From Bugula neritina (lineage: Eukaryota > Animalia > Bryozoa), in assembly GCA_964035545.1 (NCBI GenBank), contig CAXIUT010000117.1, forward strand, positions 28,524 to 49,878: 21,355 nt of DNA, read 5' to 3'. The translations under genes were made by a program, and so were the position numbers. Positions 1 through 11,382 of this stretch are shown in pieces. Under the pieces are notes generated by a model. It had not been told where the DNA came from, did no database searches, and worked only from the letters and a program-made list of their open reading frames with translations. Position 1 is the stretch's first letter, and each line of letters begins with the position of its first letter.

Positions 1-100
1 CCCAACCCCAACCCCAACCCCTCCAACCCCAACCCAACCCCAACCCCAACCCCAACCCCAACCCCAACCCCAACCCCAACCCAACCCCAACCCCAACCCC
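1..100 (+). repeat. Left telomere, (CCCCAA)n (C4A2)
   Basis: Tandem CCCCAA from base 1 with a few variant units (CCCCTCCAA, CCCAA); abrupt junction to AT-rich DNA at 101. Confidence 0.98.
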
Positions 101-145
101 TTATAGGTTTATTTTTAATATTTGTATAGAATATAAAATATAAGA

Positions 146-3100
146 TCATTAATATTCTTAATCTTTCTTTAAAAGTCTTGATAGTTAATCTGAGTGTCTC
201 TCTTTGATTTACTGGGGAATAATTTTGAGCAAGCATTTACTATTTTATATTCTATTACGAAATTCTTTGAGAACTAGATAATTAATAACAAGACCAATCA
301 GTAAGACTGCACTTCCAGCAAAGATAAAATTAAATTATAAAGAACGAATAGTTTAATTGTACTATTAACTAAGCTCTAGGTATTTTTCGATTATATTATT
401 CAGAAGTTCTGAAGAATAGACAATTATTGTATTGGCTGATATATTTTAAGGAAGTAGAGTTTTGTTTTTGACTCTAAAATAGGCTTCCATGTGTTGTGCG
501 AAAATTTAGAATCCATAAACTTTTCCCCTTGTAGCTACTTCAATAGAATAGCAATATGTATTATTATATAATGCGCACATATTATCTTAGGTACCTAATT
601 TATAAATCTATGAAAATTAGTTTAAAGAATCTGACCCTTTAACTTATTTCAAATTATTTTTAATTTATAAAATGTTTTCACTGAGAGATTGTTGTGGTTG
701 TAATGTATAATTATCTTATGAAATCTATGTAAGAGATTTTAGCATGATTATTTTAGTTTCATAGAGATCTCTTAATATTTATACTCTATTTGTGTATTGA
801 ATTGTAGGTTGGTAAAGAATAATAAGAATTCCAAAAATAGCGAGGCAACTGATAAGTAAAGCAATAGTTAAAATGACAAAGAGTTTCATATTAGACAGAA
901 TAATATTACTGCAGCTGGTATATTTTTTTTGAAAAGCACTGATTTTTTCTTCTTTATCAAAGTCAGATTAAAGACTCATACTCTTGAATCTTCTTTAGTG
1001 ACCTTTTTCCTTGAACTATTCTTTCATACTCATAAGAGATATTCTGCTATCTCCATGTCGAACAATAGTACTCTTTCTCATTTTATCTTCAATTAAACCT
1101 GAACTATCCTGTTCATGAGAGAAAGAATTATTGGGAGTTCCTTTTAGCAGTTACAAAGCTGACTCTTCGACTGTTTCAACTGGTAAACGATTGCTCGAAT
1201 AAAATTTATTCTATTTGAAGTTAAGAATAGAAGTTGCAAAGTTGTCAATGATAAGTTGTAAGTTTTTAATATCTTATTAATCAACTACAACAAAATGTAA
1301 AAGCAGTTATCCAACCTTGCTTTCGATTCTAAAGATATATCTTAGTGATAGAATAAAGTCAATTAGATAAAGTCCGACTCCTCCGATAACCATAACTAAT
1401 AGAACTATTAAATAAACATCGTTCAAAGTCACGTATTGATCAATTTTATCACGTATTACTTCAAATAATTCATTATGAAATGTTATTTTAATGTAATTAT
1501 TGAAGTAGTTTGAGAAGGGAGAACTATTTACATTCAAGAAAACGTTGAATGATTAGCTATAGTTACCAAAACCACGAATCCAGAGACTCTAAAGACTAGA
1601 AATTTTATCCTGACCAACAAATGCACCTAAAGAATACAAAGTTGTTTCGTCAAAGGCAACATAAAATTCATATAAATACCTAAGATTATTAAAACTACTT
1701 TGAAAGAGATCAAATATATTGTTGAACAAAAGATGGACACTAATGAAAAATAGTAGCATATAATAAGGTAGACTAAAATCGATAACTTAGTTTACCTTCT
1801 CTTTACTTTTTTTTTATTCAAGTTATGAATCTTGCTTTTGTAATTAAGATTCTTCTATTGCCTCAGGTTCATTCATCTGAATCTTTTTTTGAGACTTTAA
1901 TTTGAATAATATCTTTAAGTAAGGATCTTCTGACCTTGAAAATTTTATTATTTCATACTCAAAACGAATTTCTTAATCTTAAAACTCTTTAAATTTAATG
2001 ACTTAGCTAGTCTTAATACCCATTTTACTTTTCTCTCTTTTTGTCTACTTTCTGACATGATAGGTAAAGTCTTCCAGAAAAGAATTTTTAAGAGTAGTTG
2101 AATGAGTTGTACTACTGCTAACGACTATATTTTCAAAAACAGAGTTAAGTGACATTTATTGAAGTGATTTAATGTTTCTTTGATTGGTTTTGAATCTGCT
2201 GAGATCGAAAAACGATCCTTAAACATTTTTGATATCAAGAGTTTCTTTTTCAACCAAAAATACAAAAGATTTTTTCTACAAGTTTTATTTTAATTTAATT
2301 TATGTAAATATTTAAAGTCCACACATGAAACGGGGTAAAATTTTATGATTCATTTACACAAGTTTGATTTAAATTGAGTCAATGGCTAGACATTTTTCTA
2401 GAATTTTTTGATCATAGGATTAATATTGTTCAATAAAGTGATCTGTCCAAAGTCGATGAGGTTCTTTATAAACTATTGGAAGATAGTTATAGTAGGAGGA
2501 TGTGGTAATATGTTCAAGGTCTCTCTTCACTAATTGAGCAAAGTTGTTATTAGCTTTGATGATTTTGTCTCCAGAAGTGATGAGGAAGGGTGACTTACTT
2601 AGGAACTATCAATTACTCTTACTGGTTAACTCCTTCATTAAGTATTATTGTTCTGAAAAGCTAAATAATATATTTAAAAATAATGGCATCTTAGTCGTAC
2701 TTCTGAATATAATTTAGATAGTCAATATCCAATTGAGTAATAGCTTCAGATATTTTGATAATGAGATCTAAGAACTTAGTTGTACCATCAAAATAGTTTA
2801 TTAAATTCCAAAACTATTTTATCATCTTTATTATATCGTGAATTTGCTCACTAAATTGTTGTTCTTCTTCATGGATATTGAAATAAACTTATCCGTATTT
2901 ATAATTTTTATCTTGTTTTCTTAAATTATTTTAGAAAAGTCGACATATTTTAAAAATTTGATATTATTCATATAGTCCTTCTGGCACTTGTTCATATACT
3001 CTGACTAATCCACTTAGTCTAAACTCATACTTGGAGATGCATTTTTCTGCATAACTTAATCTTTCTTCAAAACTTGTTTTTCTTTTAAGTCTTTTTTCTT

Positions 3101-4058
3101 CATACTAATAAACTTCATCTTTAAGATGTTTTCTATCCCATTATAAATACTGATGACATCTGCAACTTACTATATTGCATTATGTTTAGTGTTCTTCTAT
3201 TTAAGATAATACATTAAAAATGTATTCTTCCTCTTCTTCTATCTTATCAACATAACCATAGATATCTTTAGGTCTATTTATCTATTTATAAGCTACAATC
3301 AGTCCGTATAGAGTAAATGATGCAATTAAAATGAGAAAACTCAATGAGTTGAGGAGGGATGACTATTTTAGAAAGCAACTCAATAAAATTATGTAGAGAG
3401 ATAGTTCAAAAAGTGCTGATATCATGAAGATATTTTTTGGGAAAAATAAATAAAGTAAGAGAATAATTCTAATTCCCATAAGAACTAATAGTAATTAAGA
3501 AGGAGAATTAAATTCTAATGCTAATATCAAAGGAATTTCTATATATCTATGTATTCTTTTGGTCAAAATTAGTATTATTGCCCCCATAGATAGTGATATT
3601 ATACCTAGAGGAATCGATATATATAGAATTTCTCCTGATTTGAAGTACTGTATTAGTTATATGGTTATTTTGATACTCATGAGAGGAAAGAAGTAAGTTG
3701 ATACTTGCACAAATATCATAAGTATTTTGAGAGGTCCTATTATTTTAATGAAGATGAGAAAGAATAGAACTGAAGGGTAGATAGCAAGGATCAGAATAGA
3801 GAAGATAAGTTAGGAGAAAGGAGAGATGAGTATCAAGTAGCGACGAACGATATCAAGATAGAGTTGAATTTATGAATACTATTAAAACTGACTAAGCGTC
3901 GGATGTATGTAAAAATACTGGAGTACCATTAGTTCGAAAAGAGTTAGTAAGAGATGTAAATACTGATTAGTAATTTTGTTGTGATCCAGGATAACAACTA
4001 CTTCGAAAATCCAATTCCAGATCTCAGAGAGACAATTAGTAAGTATTTTGCTCCGCAT
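146..4058 (-). CDS. TmcB/TmcC-like multi-pass membrane protein with PAS domain (~1300 aa)
   Basis: Open with TAR=Glu from ATG 4058 (alternative in-frame ATG 4079) to TGA 146-148, apart from one +1 frame change near 2600. N-terminal TM helices, H-x3-C-x4-C-x-C (HETECNIVSCRC), K[E]FWNL, PAS-like GDKIIKANNNFAQL...YLPIVYKEPH, further TM helices, NMC...YC and C-terminal KCLLKIIP. These match the ciliate-expanded TmcB-like PAS family as I recall it. Contains supplied ORF 1307-1537. Confidence 0.75.
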
Positions 4059-4297
4059 TATTTAAATTATAATCTTCATGAAATAAAAGGAAAAAAATAA
4101 ACTGATAAGGAAAAATTAATATTTTGCAAATCAATTTTTAAAGAAAGTTATTCTCTCAAATCTAAGATGATGAATATAATAATTTAGAAAATCATTTATC
4201 TTTTGCATAATTATTCAAAAATTATTTCTACTATCAACCTTTATTTTTCTTACATTAATCAATAGTAATAATAAACTAAAATAATATTATAACTGTA

Positions 4298-5438
4298 ATG
4301 TATCGTTAAAGACTAGATACTCAAGGTCTAATTGATTAAACACGCAAAAACTATAATTGTTCTAAGTTAGAGGAAACAATAAAAGAACTTGATGTAACTT
4401 TACAGCTTCGAAATAAGGAAGTTCATTACCTTACTGCTGAATTTGGCTTCTCAAAAATAACAGCATCATATTCAAACTAAGCAGTTGACGAATGAAGTGA
4501 CCTAAATTAAGAAATAAATAGCTGATACTCACTTTATGCAAGTAAAATAGAGTAGAAGAAAAGAGCAGAAGTATAAGGAATAGTTGTAAATCATAAGAAA
4601 AGAATATCAAGATCTTATGAAGAGTAGAGATTAGTAGTATTTGAAGAGATAGGAATAAATATATAAAATACATCAGAATTAGATTTCTAAGTTAAAAGAA
4701 AAATATTAGCACTATATCAAGTTTGAACAACAGGAGAGTAATTTATGTAAAAATCTAACTCAAGAACAAAGTAACAACTCGTTACTGATTATTCAAAAGT
4801 TGGAATAAGAAAAGATGATGCAAATAATATAAAAAAAATAAGCTCAGTAAAAAACAGAAGCATACAAGTAAACTTTATCTCGACTCAAGTAACAATATGA
4901 AAGAATAAGTGCTTAAAAAGATTAGCAAATAGCTAGTATCAAAGGATAGCTTGAAGGTTTCAAATTAAAATAACAAATGTTAGAAGATAATATCAGATAA
5001 TTGAAGCTAAATATAAATGAGAGTAGCTCTCATGATAAAATTGCATCAGAGCAAATAGCAATAACTAATATGAAACTGACTACATAGAATTAACATTATA
5101 AGGAACTGCTAAAACAAAAAGATGAAGAATTACTTAGATTAATTAGAGAGAGAAAAGTTGATGATATTCATAAACAGCCAATTAATACAAATAGTGAGTG
5201 TAATCATGCAGGATTACTAAGACAAATGCAAACTAACATTGAGCTGAAGGAATAGTAAATTAAAAAGTTAAATAACATTGTGGAAGAATGGACTTTGTTA
5301 ATAGGATTTGATAAACCTTTAAGTTAACGTTTAAGTAATATCTCATAGAAAAGTAGTAAAGCTAAAGATTTAAATCAGAAGTGGACCAACAATTTGCAAA
5401 ACAAAAATAACCTATCAAAAAAAACTCACTACAGATGA
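4298..5438 (+). CDS. Coiled-coil protein, unknown function (~380 aa); one +1 frame discontinuity near 4441
   Basis: ATG 4298 MYRERLDTQG...HYLTAE joins LASQKEQHH... only if one base of the TTT at 4442-4444 is dropped. The downstream frame is open to TGA 5436-5438 and is E/K/Q-rich with a heptad pattern. Alternative start ATG 4392 is in the downstream frame. Confidence 0.7.
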
Positions 5439-5545
5439 TTTCTTAGTATTTTATTATTTTAGTTATTTATTTTTAATGATGTTTAAAGATACTTTATAAA
5501 AGATAAATATTTTTCAATGAAAATTTAATGATAGTATAAGATTAA

Positions 5546-6384
5546 TCACGTTTTGACTTTATTTTGTCTGTATTGCAATTAAAGTTGTTTTGTAACTCTT
5601 TACATTTTTATTTAGTAATCTTTTCTCAGCCTCTACTAGAACCTTTTTTCTTTTTCTTTATCAAGAGTACTTTTCTTAAAATTTTTCTTATAACTATCGA
5701 ATTAAATGCTAATCGTCTGAATTAATTTATGATTACTTGTATTTATTAATTGAGGAGACGATTGGACTGAAGTAATTCTGTTTCTTTTTATTATGCCATT
5801 TTAAGAAAACCACTCATTTTTACAAAATTATCTCTGTATACTTTGAGCATTTAGTCTGATTGTTTTTTCATGTCCTGACTTATTTATTATGCTATGATTG
5901 TTCTTTGCATTGATAGGTCTATTTTATCTTTTAAATCCTGTATTTAGCTTTAGAGTTCTAAAAATTAAATATTTTTTTTAGCCATGAGTTAATAAATATT
6001 ATTCTGGTTGTATGAGGCAATCATGCTATCATTTTATACTTTTTTTTGCATTTTTTATTTGTTTTAATGTTTTTTAATTTCCAAAAGAGAGGACAATAAA
6101 AGTTGAACATATTTAACTAAAAGGAAAGGGTTACGGCTATTAACAACGATGTTATTATCATCATTTAAAAACAAAGAGTAGCATTCATTAGCAACAAGAG
6201 ATAAATCTTCAATAGATATAGATAGTTTCTCATAGTTGGTTTTCATTTCTTCACTTTTGCGACGATTGTTTTATTCAAAGTCCAAAAGAACTTGATCGAA
6301 TTATTTACTTATTTTTTTTGATATTCCTTCAATCAAAAGAGTATTTTCTGATATTTTACTTTTCTTCTATTTGTTGTCCCTCAT
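5546..6384 (-). CDS. Coiled-coil protein, unknown function (272 aa), one 20-nt intron
   Basis: ATG 6384; contains supplied ORF 6064-6246. Removing intron 5717-5736 gives FEERLRKDYEIKMERVTKQLELQY to TGA 5546-5548; spliced length 819 nt. Confidence 0.75.
5717..5736 (-). other. 20-nt spliceosomal intron GTAATCATAAATTAATTCAG
   Basis: GT-AG; removal restores the coiled-coil frame and avoids an earlier TGA. Confidence 0.75.
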
Positions 6385-6408
6385 TATTAATATACCAATT
6401 AATAACAT
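6385..6408. promoter_or_regulatory. 24-nt spacer between divergent start codons
   Basis: TATTAATATACCAATTAATAACAT separates ATG 6384 (-) and ATG 6409 (+); a promoter role is inferred only. Confidence 0.4.
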
Positions 6409-7121
6409 ATGAGTCAATAAGAGGTTAATAAGGTAGAATAGTTCCTCAATTAAATGGGTCTCAATATATCATCTAAAGTGACAATATTACAGTCAGTCCT
6501 CAGCAAATAGTAACTTTAATATCAAATAGTAATTCTTTTTAGAAAGCGCCATCTCTTCCTTTCAAATAAATAAACACCCAAGATATCAATATTGATCTTT
6601 TTCTACCTTAAGATTATCATTAAAGGGAAGAAAAAATCGAGGATAAATATAAAAGTGTGGTAACTATGACATAGTTGACTTCTTTGAATAATAGTTTTGA
6701 AGATTTTCTTTCAAAATAAAAGGATTTTAATAATATCGATAAAGATAAAGATCTAAAATCTAAACAATCAAAAAAGAGAAAATAATAAATACGTTAAATG
6801 CTTGATCAAATAGACGATTGTTTTAATATGATTTTAGAAACACTTTTTCGAGGATTGACTCATTTAGTTTGTCTAAAATTAGGAAAATCAGCAAAATTTA
6901 GGGCTTAAAGTATATATGTTAAACATTTGAAGAAATATCTCTAAGAACATCAGAGTAAAAAATAGGAATTAAAGCATTTAAAAGATATAATTGAGTAAAA
7001 TATTAATTTTTGTCACTTATTGAAAGATAAAGTTCCAATATTTTAAAGAAAATTTATTAATCCTGACGAATAAGTGACAATATCTTGGCCTTCTCCTCTC
7101 TTCAAATTAAATCTTTCTTGA
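6409..7121 (+). CDS. Hypothetical protein (230 aa), one 20-nt intron
   Basis: ATG 6409 MSQEEVNKVEEFLNEMGL; intron 6510-6529 joins it to a long open frame ending TGA 7119-7121; spliced length 693 nt. Confidence 0.75.
6510..6529 (+). other. 20-nt spliceosomal intron GTAACTTTAATATCAAATAG
   Basis: Joins the ATG 6409 frame to the long downstream frame. Confidence 0.8.
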
Positions 7122-7147
7122 TATTCAGATAATTATATCTTATTAAT

Positions 7148-7918
7148 ATGGATATTTTTGGATTTAAAAACCAAGGTATCAACTATTAAAAGTTCAGACC
7201 TCGCTATCCTTCAAAATTCATCGAAATCTATCTGAGTAAAATAAAAAGCAAAAACAGATATCTTGATATTGCTACAGGAACAGGACAGCTTCTTTTTGCT
7301 TTTGCTTCTCATTTTCAATATTCAAAAGCGACTGATTTAAGTAAAACTATGATCGATACTGCATCTTAAAAAGCAAAGAAATTTATCTAATAAAATCCTA
7401 ATTGCAAGATAGATTTATAAGTTAAAGGAATAATGTAAATGAATGAATAAGATAAATATGACTTTATATCAGTTGGTCAAGCTTTACATTTTTTTCCTAT
7501 TGAAGAATCAATGATTAAAATAAAAAGTCTTCTCAGAGAAGAAGGAAGATTTGTCACATTTGGTTATATTCTTAATTCAGTATAAAGTTAAAATAAGCTA
7601 TAAAATGAAATATTTTACAGCTTTTACAACAAAGTGAAACCTCTATTTACATTTGATCGCGACGAACTGCATAATCATTATAGTAATAAATAGAGATATC
7701 CTTTTGAAAAAGTATTTCCTTTGGTTGAAAGAGAAATAGTTAAGGTGCCTCTGGAAATGAATAAGTTATAATATTTAAGTTATTTGAAAACAATGTCAGG
7801 TTATAATTTATATTTATAAAAAAAGGAAGAAGATCCTCTGAAAGAAGTTGAAAAAAACTGTGCAGATAAAGTAACACTAATGTTGGACTACTTTAGAATT
7901 GATTGTTCGCTTAAATGA
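7148..7918 (+). CDS. Class I SAM-dependent methyltransferase (Methyltransf_11-like, 256 aa)
   Basis: Intronless ATG 7148 to TGA 7916-7918. Motifs Y.KFRPRYP, motif I YLDIATGTGQ, ATDLSKTMI, YDFISVGQALHFF, LLREEGRFVTFGY. Confidence 0.9.
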
Positions 7919-7937
7919 TTAAATTAAAAGTATAGTA

Positions 7938-8747
7938 TCATATCCTTTTTTAAAAACAAACTTGCCACAGAGATGCCAACTCATTTTATCTTTCTATTAG
8001 TTTTGATTTCATTACAGATTTAGCTTCCTACATTTAAGAATTTATTGTTTTCAGTTTTTAAAGTTCAATATTCATAGATTAGAGTCTTTATTCACTTTAC
8101 TTAAAATTTTAATCTGATTGTTTTTGTTTCATTTATTATAGTTGCTTAATAACTTAGTTTTTATAAATATTAGTCTCAGAACTTATTTCTTTTTAACACT
8201 TTATTTCATTCTGTAGTTGTTAAATATGACTATGTAGTCTGCTGATGACAGTTTATTTTTCTTATATTTGAAGTTTAAGTGCTGAAATTACTTCTTTTTC
8301 TTTGATATTGATAAGATCTCCAACTGAATATTTGACAGTAGCCACTTTATCAAATAGCTATCTACTGGGTACTTTTTTAATTTGACTACGACCGATGTTA
8401 AATATTTGGGATTGAACATTCAAATCAACCTATTTTACTTAAGGTTCAGTTACTTCCGTTTTTCGGAACATCCTAAAGAGCAATCCTTCTACAGATTTTA
8501 GTTAAGTTTTCAATTCTTATAAACAATTTTGAAAAAGAGTTGGTACCTGATTTTTACGAAGTTGTGAATAATCCTCCATCTTTTTTATGAGATTGAATAG
8601 CGTTTTTTTGACTAAAGCTTGTCGGAATTAAGACTTCTATATTTTTGGGAGCTCAACTCTCTGCTTTTTGAAGACTTATGATTGGCTAATCCTTTTCTCT
8701 TGTTTCTGAACTAGTTTATTACCCTTGAGTTGGGATGTTTTCTTCAT
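7938..8747 (-). CDS. Coiled-coil protein, unknown function (269 aa)
   Basis: Intronless, 810 nt open with TAR=Glu from ATG 8747 to TGA 7938-7940; E/K/Q-rich C-terminal half. Confidence 0.75.
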
Positions 8748-8803
8748 TAATAGTATACGCTAAATTAATATATAAATTTTTAATCTATCAAGATCAATAG
8801 ATG

Positions 8804-10306
8804 TCAGGGTATACCCTAATAATAAGCAAGTTGCTTACCCGAAGTAACAAATGAAAGAGAACTAAGAACTTCAAGGTGTTTTATTGGACTATCCATGTTA
8901 ATTTTAGTAAGTTATTTTTGCATTCTAAACTCATACAACTTCAAACAATTACCTAAATTAGCAATGAAAGTAGTAGGATATATCTTTTTGATTTCGCTAC
9001 AATCTCTCTGCATATTGAACTTTCCGACTAATCCTTGTGCTCTTTTATCTAACAAATATATTAAGGAAGATTCTCCTCCAGCTAGAATGGTCTGGTTATC
9101 CATGGCTGCAAGAGATCTAGGAGAACATTAAAGTTCATACTATGATGCTTTCTCCAAATTGTTATTTTCATATATCCTTATTTTTTTATCATCAAAAGAG
9201 GTAATAAATTAATCTGTCAGACCAATAGAAGTCAAACATTTACTTTTTGTTTCTACTCCTTTCGCTACTTTTAGAGTATTTTTATTTTAATCAAATGCTA
9301 AAGCTACTATTTGATTCGGATTATGGATGAAATTAAGAACTACTTGTCTATCTATGGCTAACAGGGATGTTATTTTGGCACTTTTATGGTTACTACTTGC
9401 ATATTCTTTGATCATATTTTAGTTTAAGAGATCGTAAATAAAAATATTACTATTTTAGTTGGTTAAAAATAGATTTTTTCCAAGAACTTAGAGGTTTTAA
9501 ATTTAGGAACCAATATAGAGGGTCTTGGGTATTGACAAGTTTTTATTATTATAGAGATTAACCACCTGTGAACGACTGTTGAAGGCAAGAAAATCTTGAT
9601 CTGATATTCTATATAGGTTAGAATCAATGTTTTAGGCTTGTAAATTTTTGTTGTATCTGATAGTTTCTTTTTTGAACTGTCCAAACTGTGGTTCAATAAA
9701 ATTCAAAGGAGCTACACTTGTTTTACTTGTATCTCCAAGTTCTTTTAGAATCTCACAAATCTGATTCTATTTTTTCAGTAGTAAAGGAACCTCATTTCTA
9801 TTCAAACGTAACTTGTGAAGAGTTCGGTTGCAGTCATTAATCGTATCTGCAAGCACATCTCTGAACTTCTGATAAAGTTAATAGTTTGGACTGATGGCTC
9901 TTGTAGATAGATAGAGATATCCTAGTGTTTTTTTGAAGAGCTGACGATCTTTTTCATAGGGAATTGTCCTTCTGATTTTTCTACAAATGTCATTTAGATG
10001 TCTTTCCCTAATATTTAAAACACTCATTAGTTCTTCTTTGAATACTTTGAATTTTCTAAACTAATTTAACCACTCTTCACAGGCGAAATGATATGTTTTT
10101 TCAAATTAAACTTTTTTTTTCATAAGCTAATGAACCTTTTCATTGACTAAACTGACTTATACTACTTAGCAACCACGAGAAATATGTCTAGTGGAGCAAT
10201 TTTGACAAACCAAGATATCATTTTCTTAGAAACATTTTGGACTTGTACACAGTTTATGAGCTTACATGTTGTGTTTAGTACACATCTTTGGACCTAATAC
10301 TTCCAT
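8804..10306 (-). CDS. B-box-like Zn finger, helical linker and WD40-like repeat protein (500 aa)
   Basis: 1503 nt open from ATG 10306 to TGA 8804-8806. N-terminal C-x2-H-x7-C-x4-C-x8-C-x2-C-x3-H; C-terminal propeller-like blades (NSNIFIYDLL, FITSFDDKKIRIYE, ILAGGESSLIYLLDKR, CLKLYEFR). Contains supplied ORF 8912-9103. Confidence 0.78.
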
Positions 10307-10433
10307 CTTTTAGCATTATAAACTCTATAATAAAATTAAACCAAACCTTCAACAACTATCTGGTTTTATTTCTTTTTCTAAAAATTATCAATAATTCTTT
10401 TCATAAAATCTGTTTGATGTTATTTTGATTTAA

Positions 10434-11327
10434 ATGGATAAAGAACTTTCGGACTAGATATTCGAAAAAAGACTAATAAACCTCCCTGGAAATATTATGA
10501 GTTATGTGGACATCAAAAAGAACTCTAATATTGATGTTATTGTCCTCCATGAGCATTTAGGCCTTCAAAATTATGTTAGGGTAATGGCTCAGGCAGTAAC
10601 TAATAATGAATACTCAATATTTTATCCTAATTTATTTGGAGAATCATAAGAGATGAGTAATGATAACGAGGATCCTATTGAATATATTCGAGCACTAAAT
10701 CATCAAAATATGGCAGAAACTATTCTTTCAGTGATTAATCATGTTTCCAAAAGAAACAATATCATTCTTATGATAGGTTTTTCTCTTGGAGCTGCGATTG
10801 GACTTAAAATACTTTAATATACAGAGAAAGTTCATATAGCTTTCTTTTTTTATGGTTTGCCTCCTCCTGATTCTGTGAGACCTGAACTTATCACAGCAGA
10901 AGTTACTGTATTTATCGGAACAGAAGATAATGTTAAGTTTTTATCAGATCCAAAAATCACTGAAAAAGCTAAAAAGAAATATAAAAGTAATGGGAGTATA
11001 TATATTGTTGAATTGAAAAACGGAAAACATGGCTTTATGAATCCTTCTTGTGATTGCTACTCTGAGGATCTTTTTATTTTATGCTGCCAAGAAACTCATA
11101 AACAACTTAGAAATATTTCTATTTCAAAGACACAGCTATCTAAATCAAATGTATCAGGAAGAAGTAACTCAATTTCAGTTCAACTTGAGGAAGAAAATTC
11201 GAAAAATAATAGGAAAGAAAAAGAGGAGATCAATCCTAAAAAGAAAAACAATAAAAAAGAAGAAAAGAATAAAGAATAGGAAACTAAAAATAACTAGAAA
11301 AAATAAGATTAATGCAATCTCATTTGA
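10434..11327 (+). CDS. Dienelactone hydrolase family alpha/beta hydrolase with charged tail and C-terminal CaaX (297 aa)
   Basis: VIVLHEHLGL, YPNLFG, nucleophile elbow GFSLG, FFYG, GTED (Asp), HGFMN (His). Ends CNLI then TGA 11325-11327. Contains supplied ORF 10857-11279. Confidence 0.88.
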
Positions 11328-11382
11328 TTTATTTTATCTTCTTTTTTTAATCTAATCTATAAAAAATAATCATTGTAGATAA

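Noticed and set aside
2609-2611. In-frame TGA read as Trp (stopless ambiguous code)
   Set aside because: The family-like upstream sequence is in a different frame, so a frame change is needed regardless. Trp is TGG elsewhere and no other internal TGA remains after splicing.
8816-8838. 23-nt GTAAG...TAG that would fuse the WD40 gene in frame to the downstream coiled-coil gene
   Set aside because: Wrong length, no A at -6, and it would translate a typical AT-rich intergenic spacer.
10337-10350. TAAACCAAACCTTC resembling the Tetrahymena chromosome breakage sequence
   Set aside because: Two mismatches in the conserved core, and it is retained inside an unbroken macronuclear chromosome.
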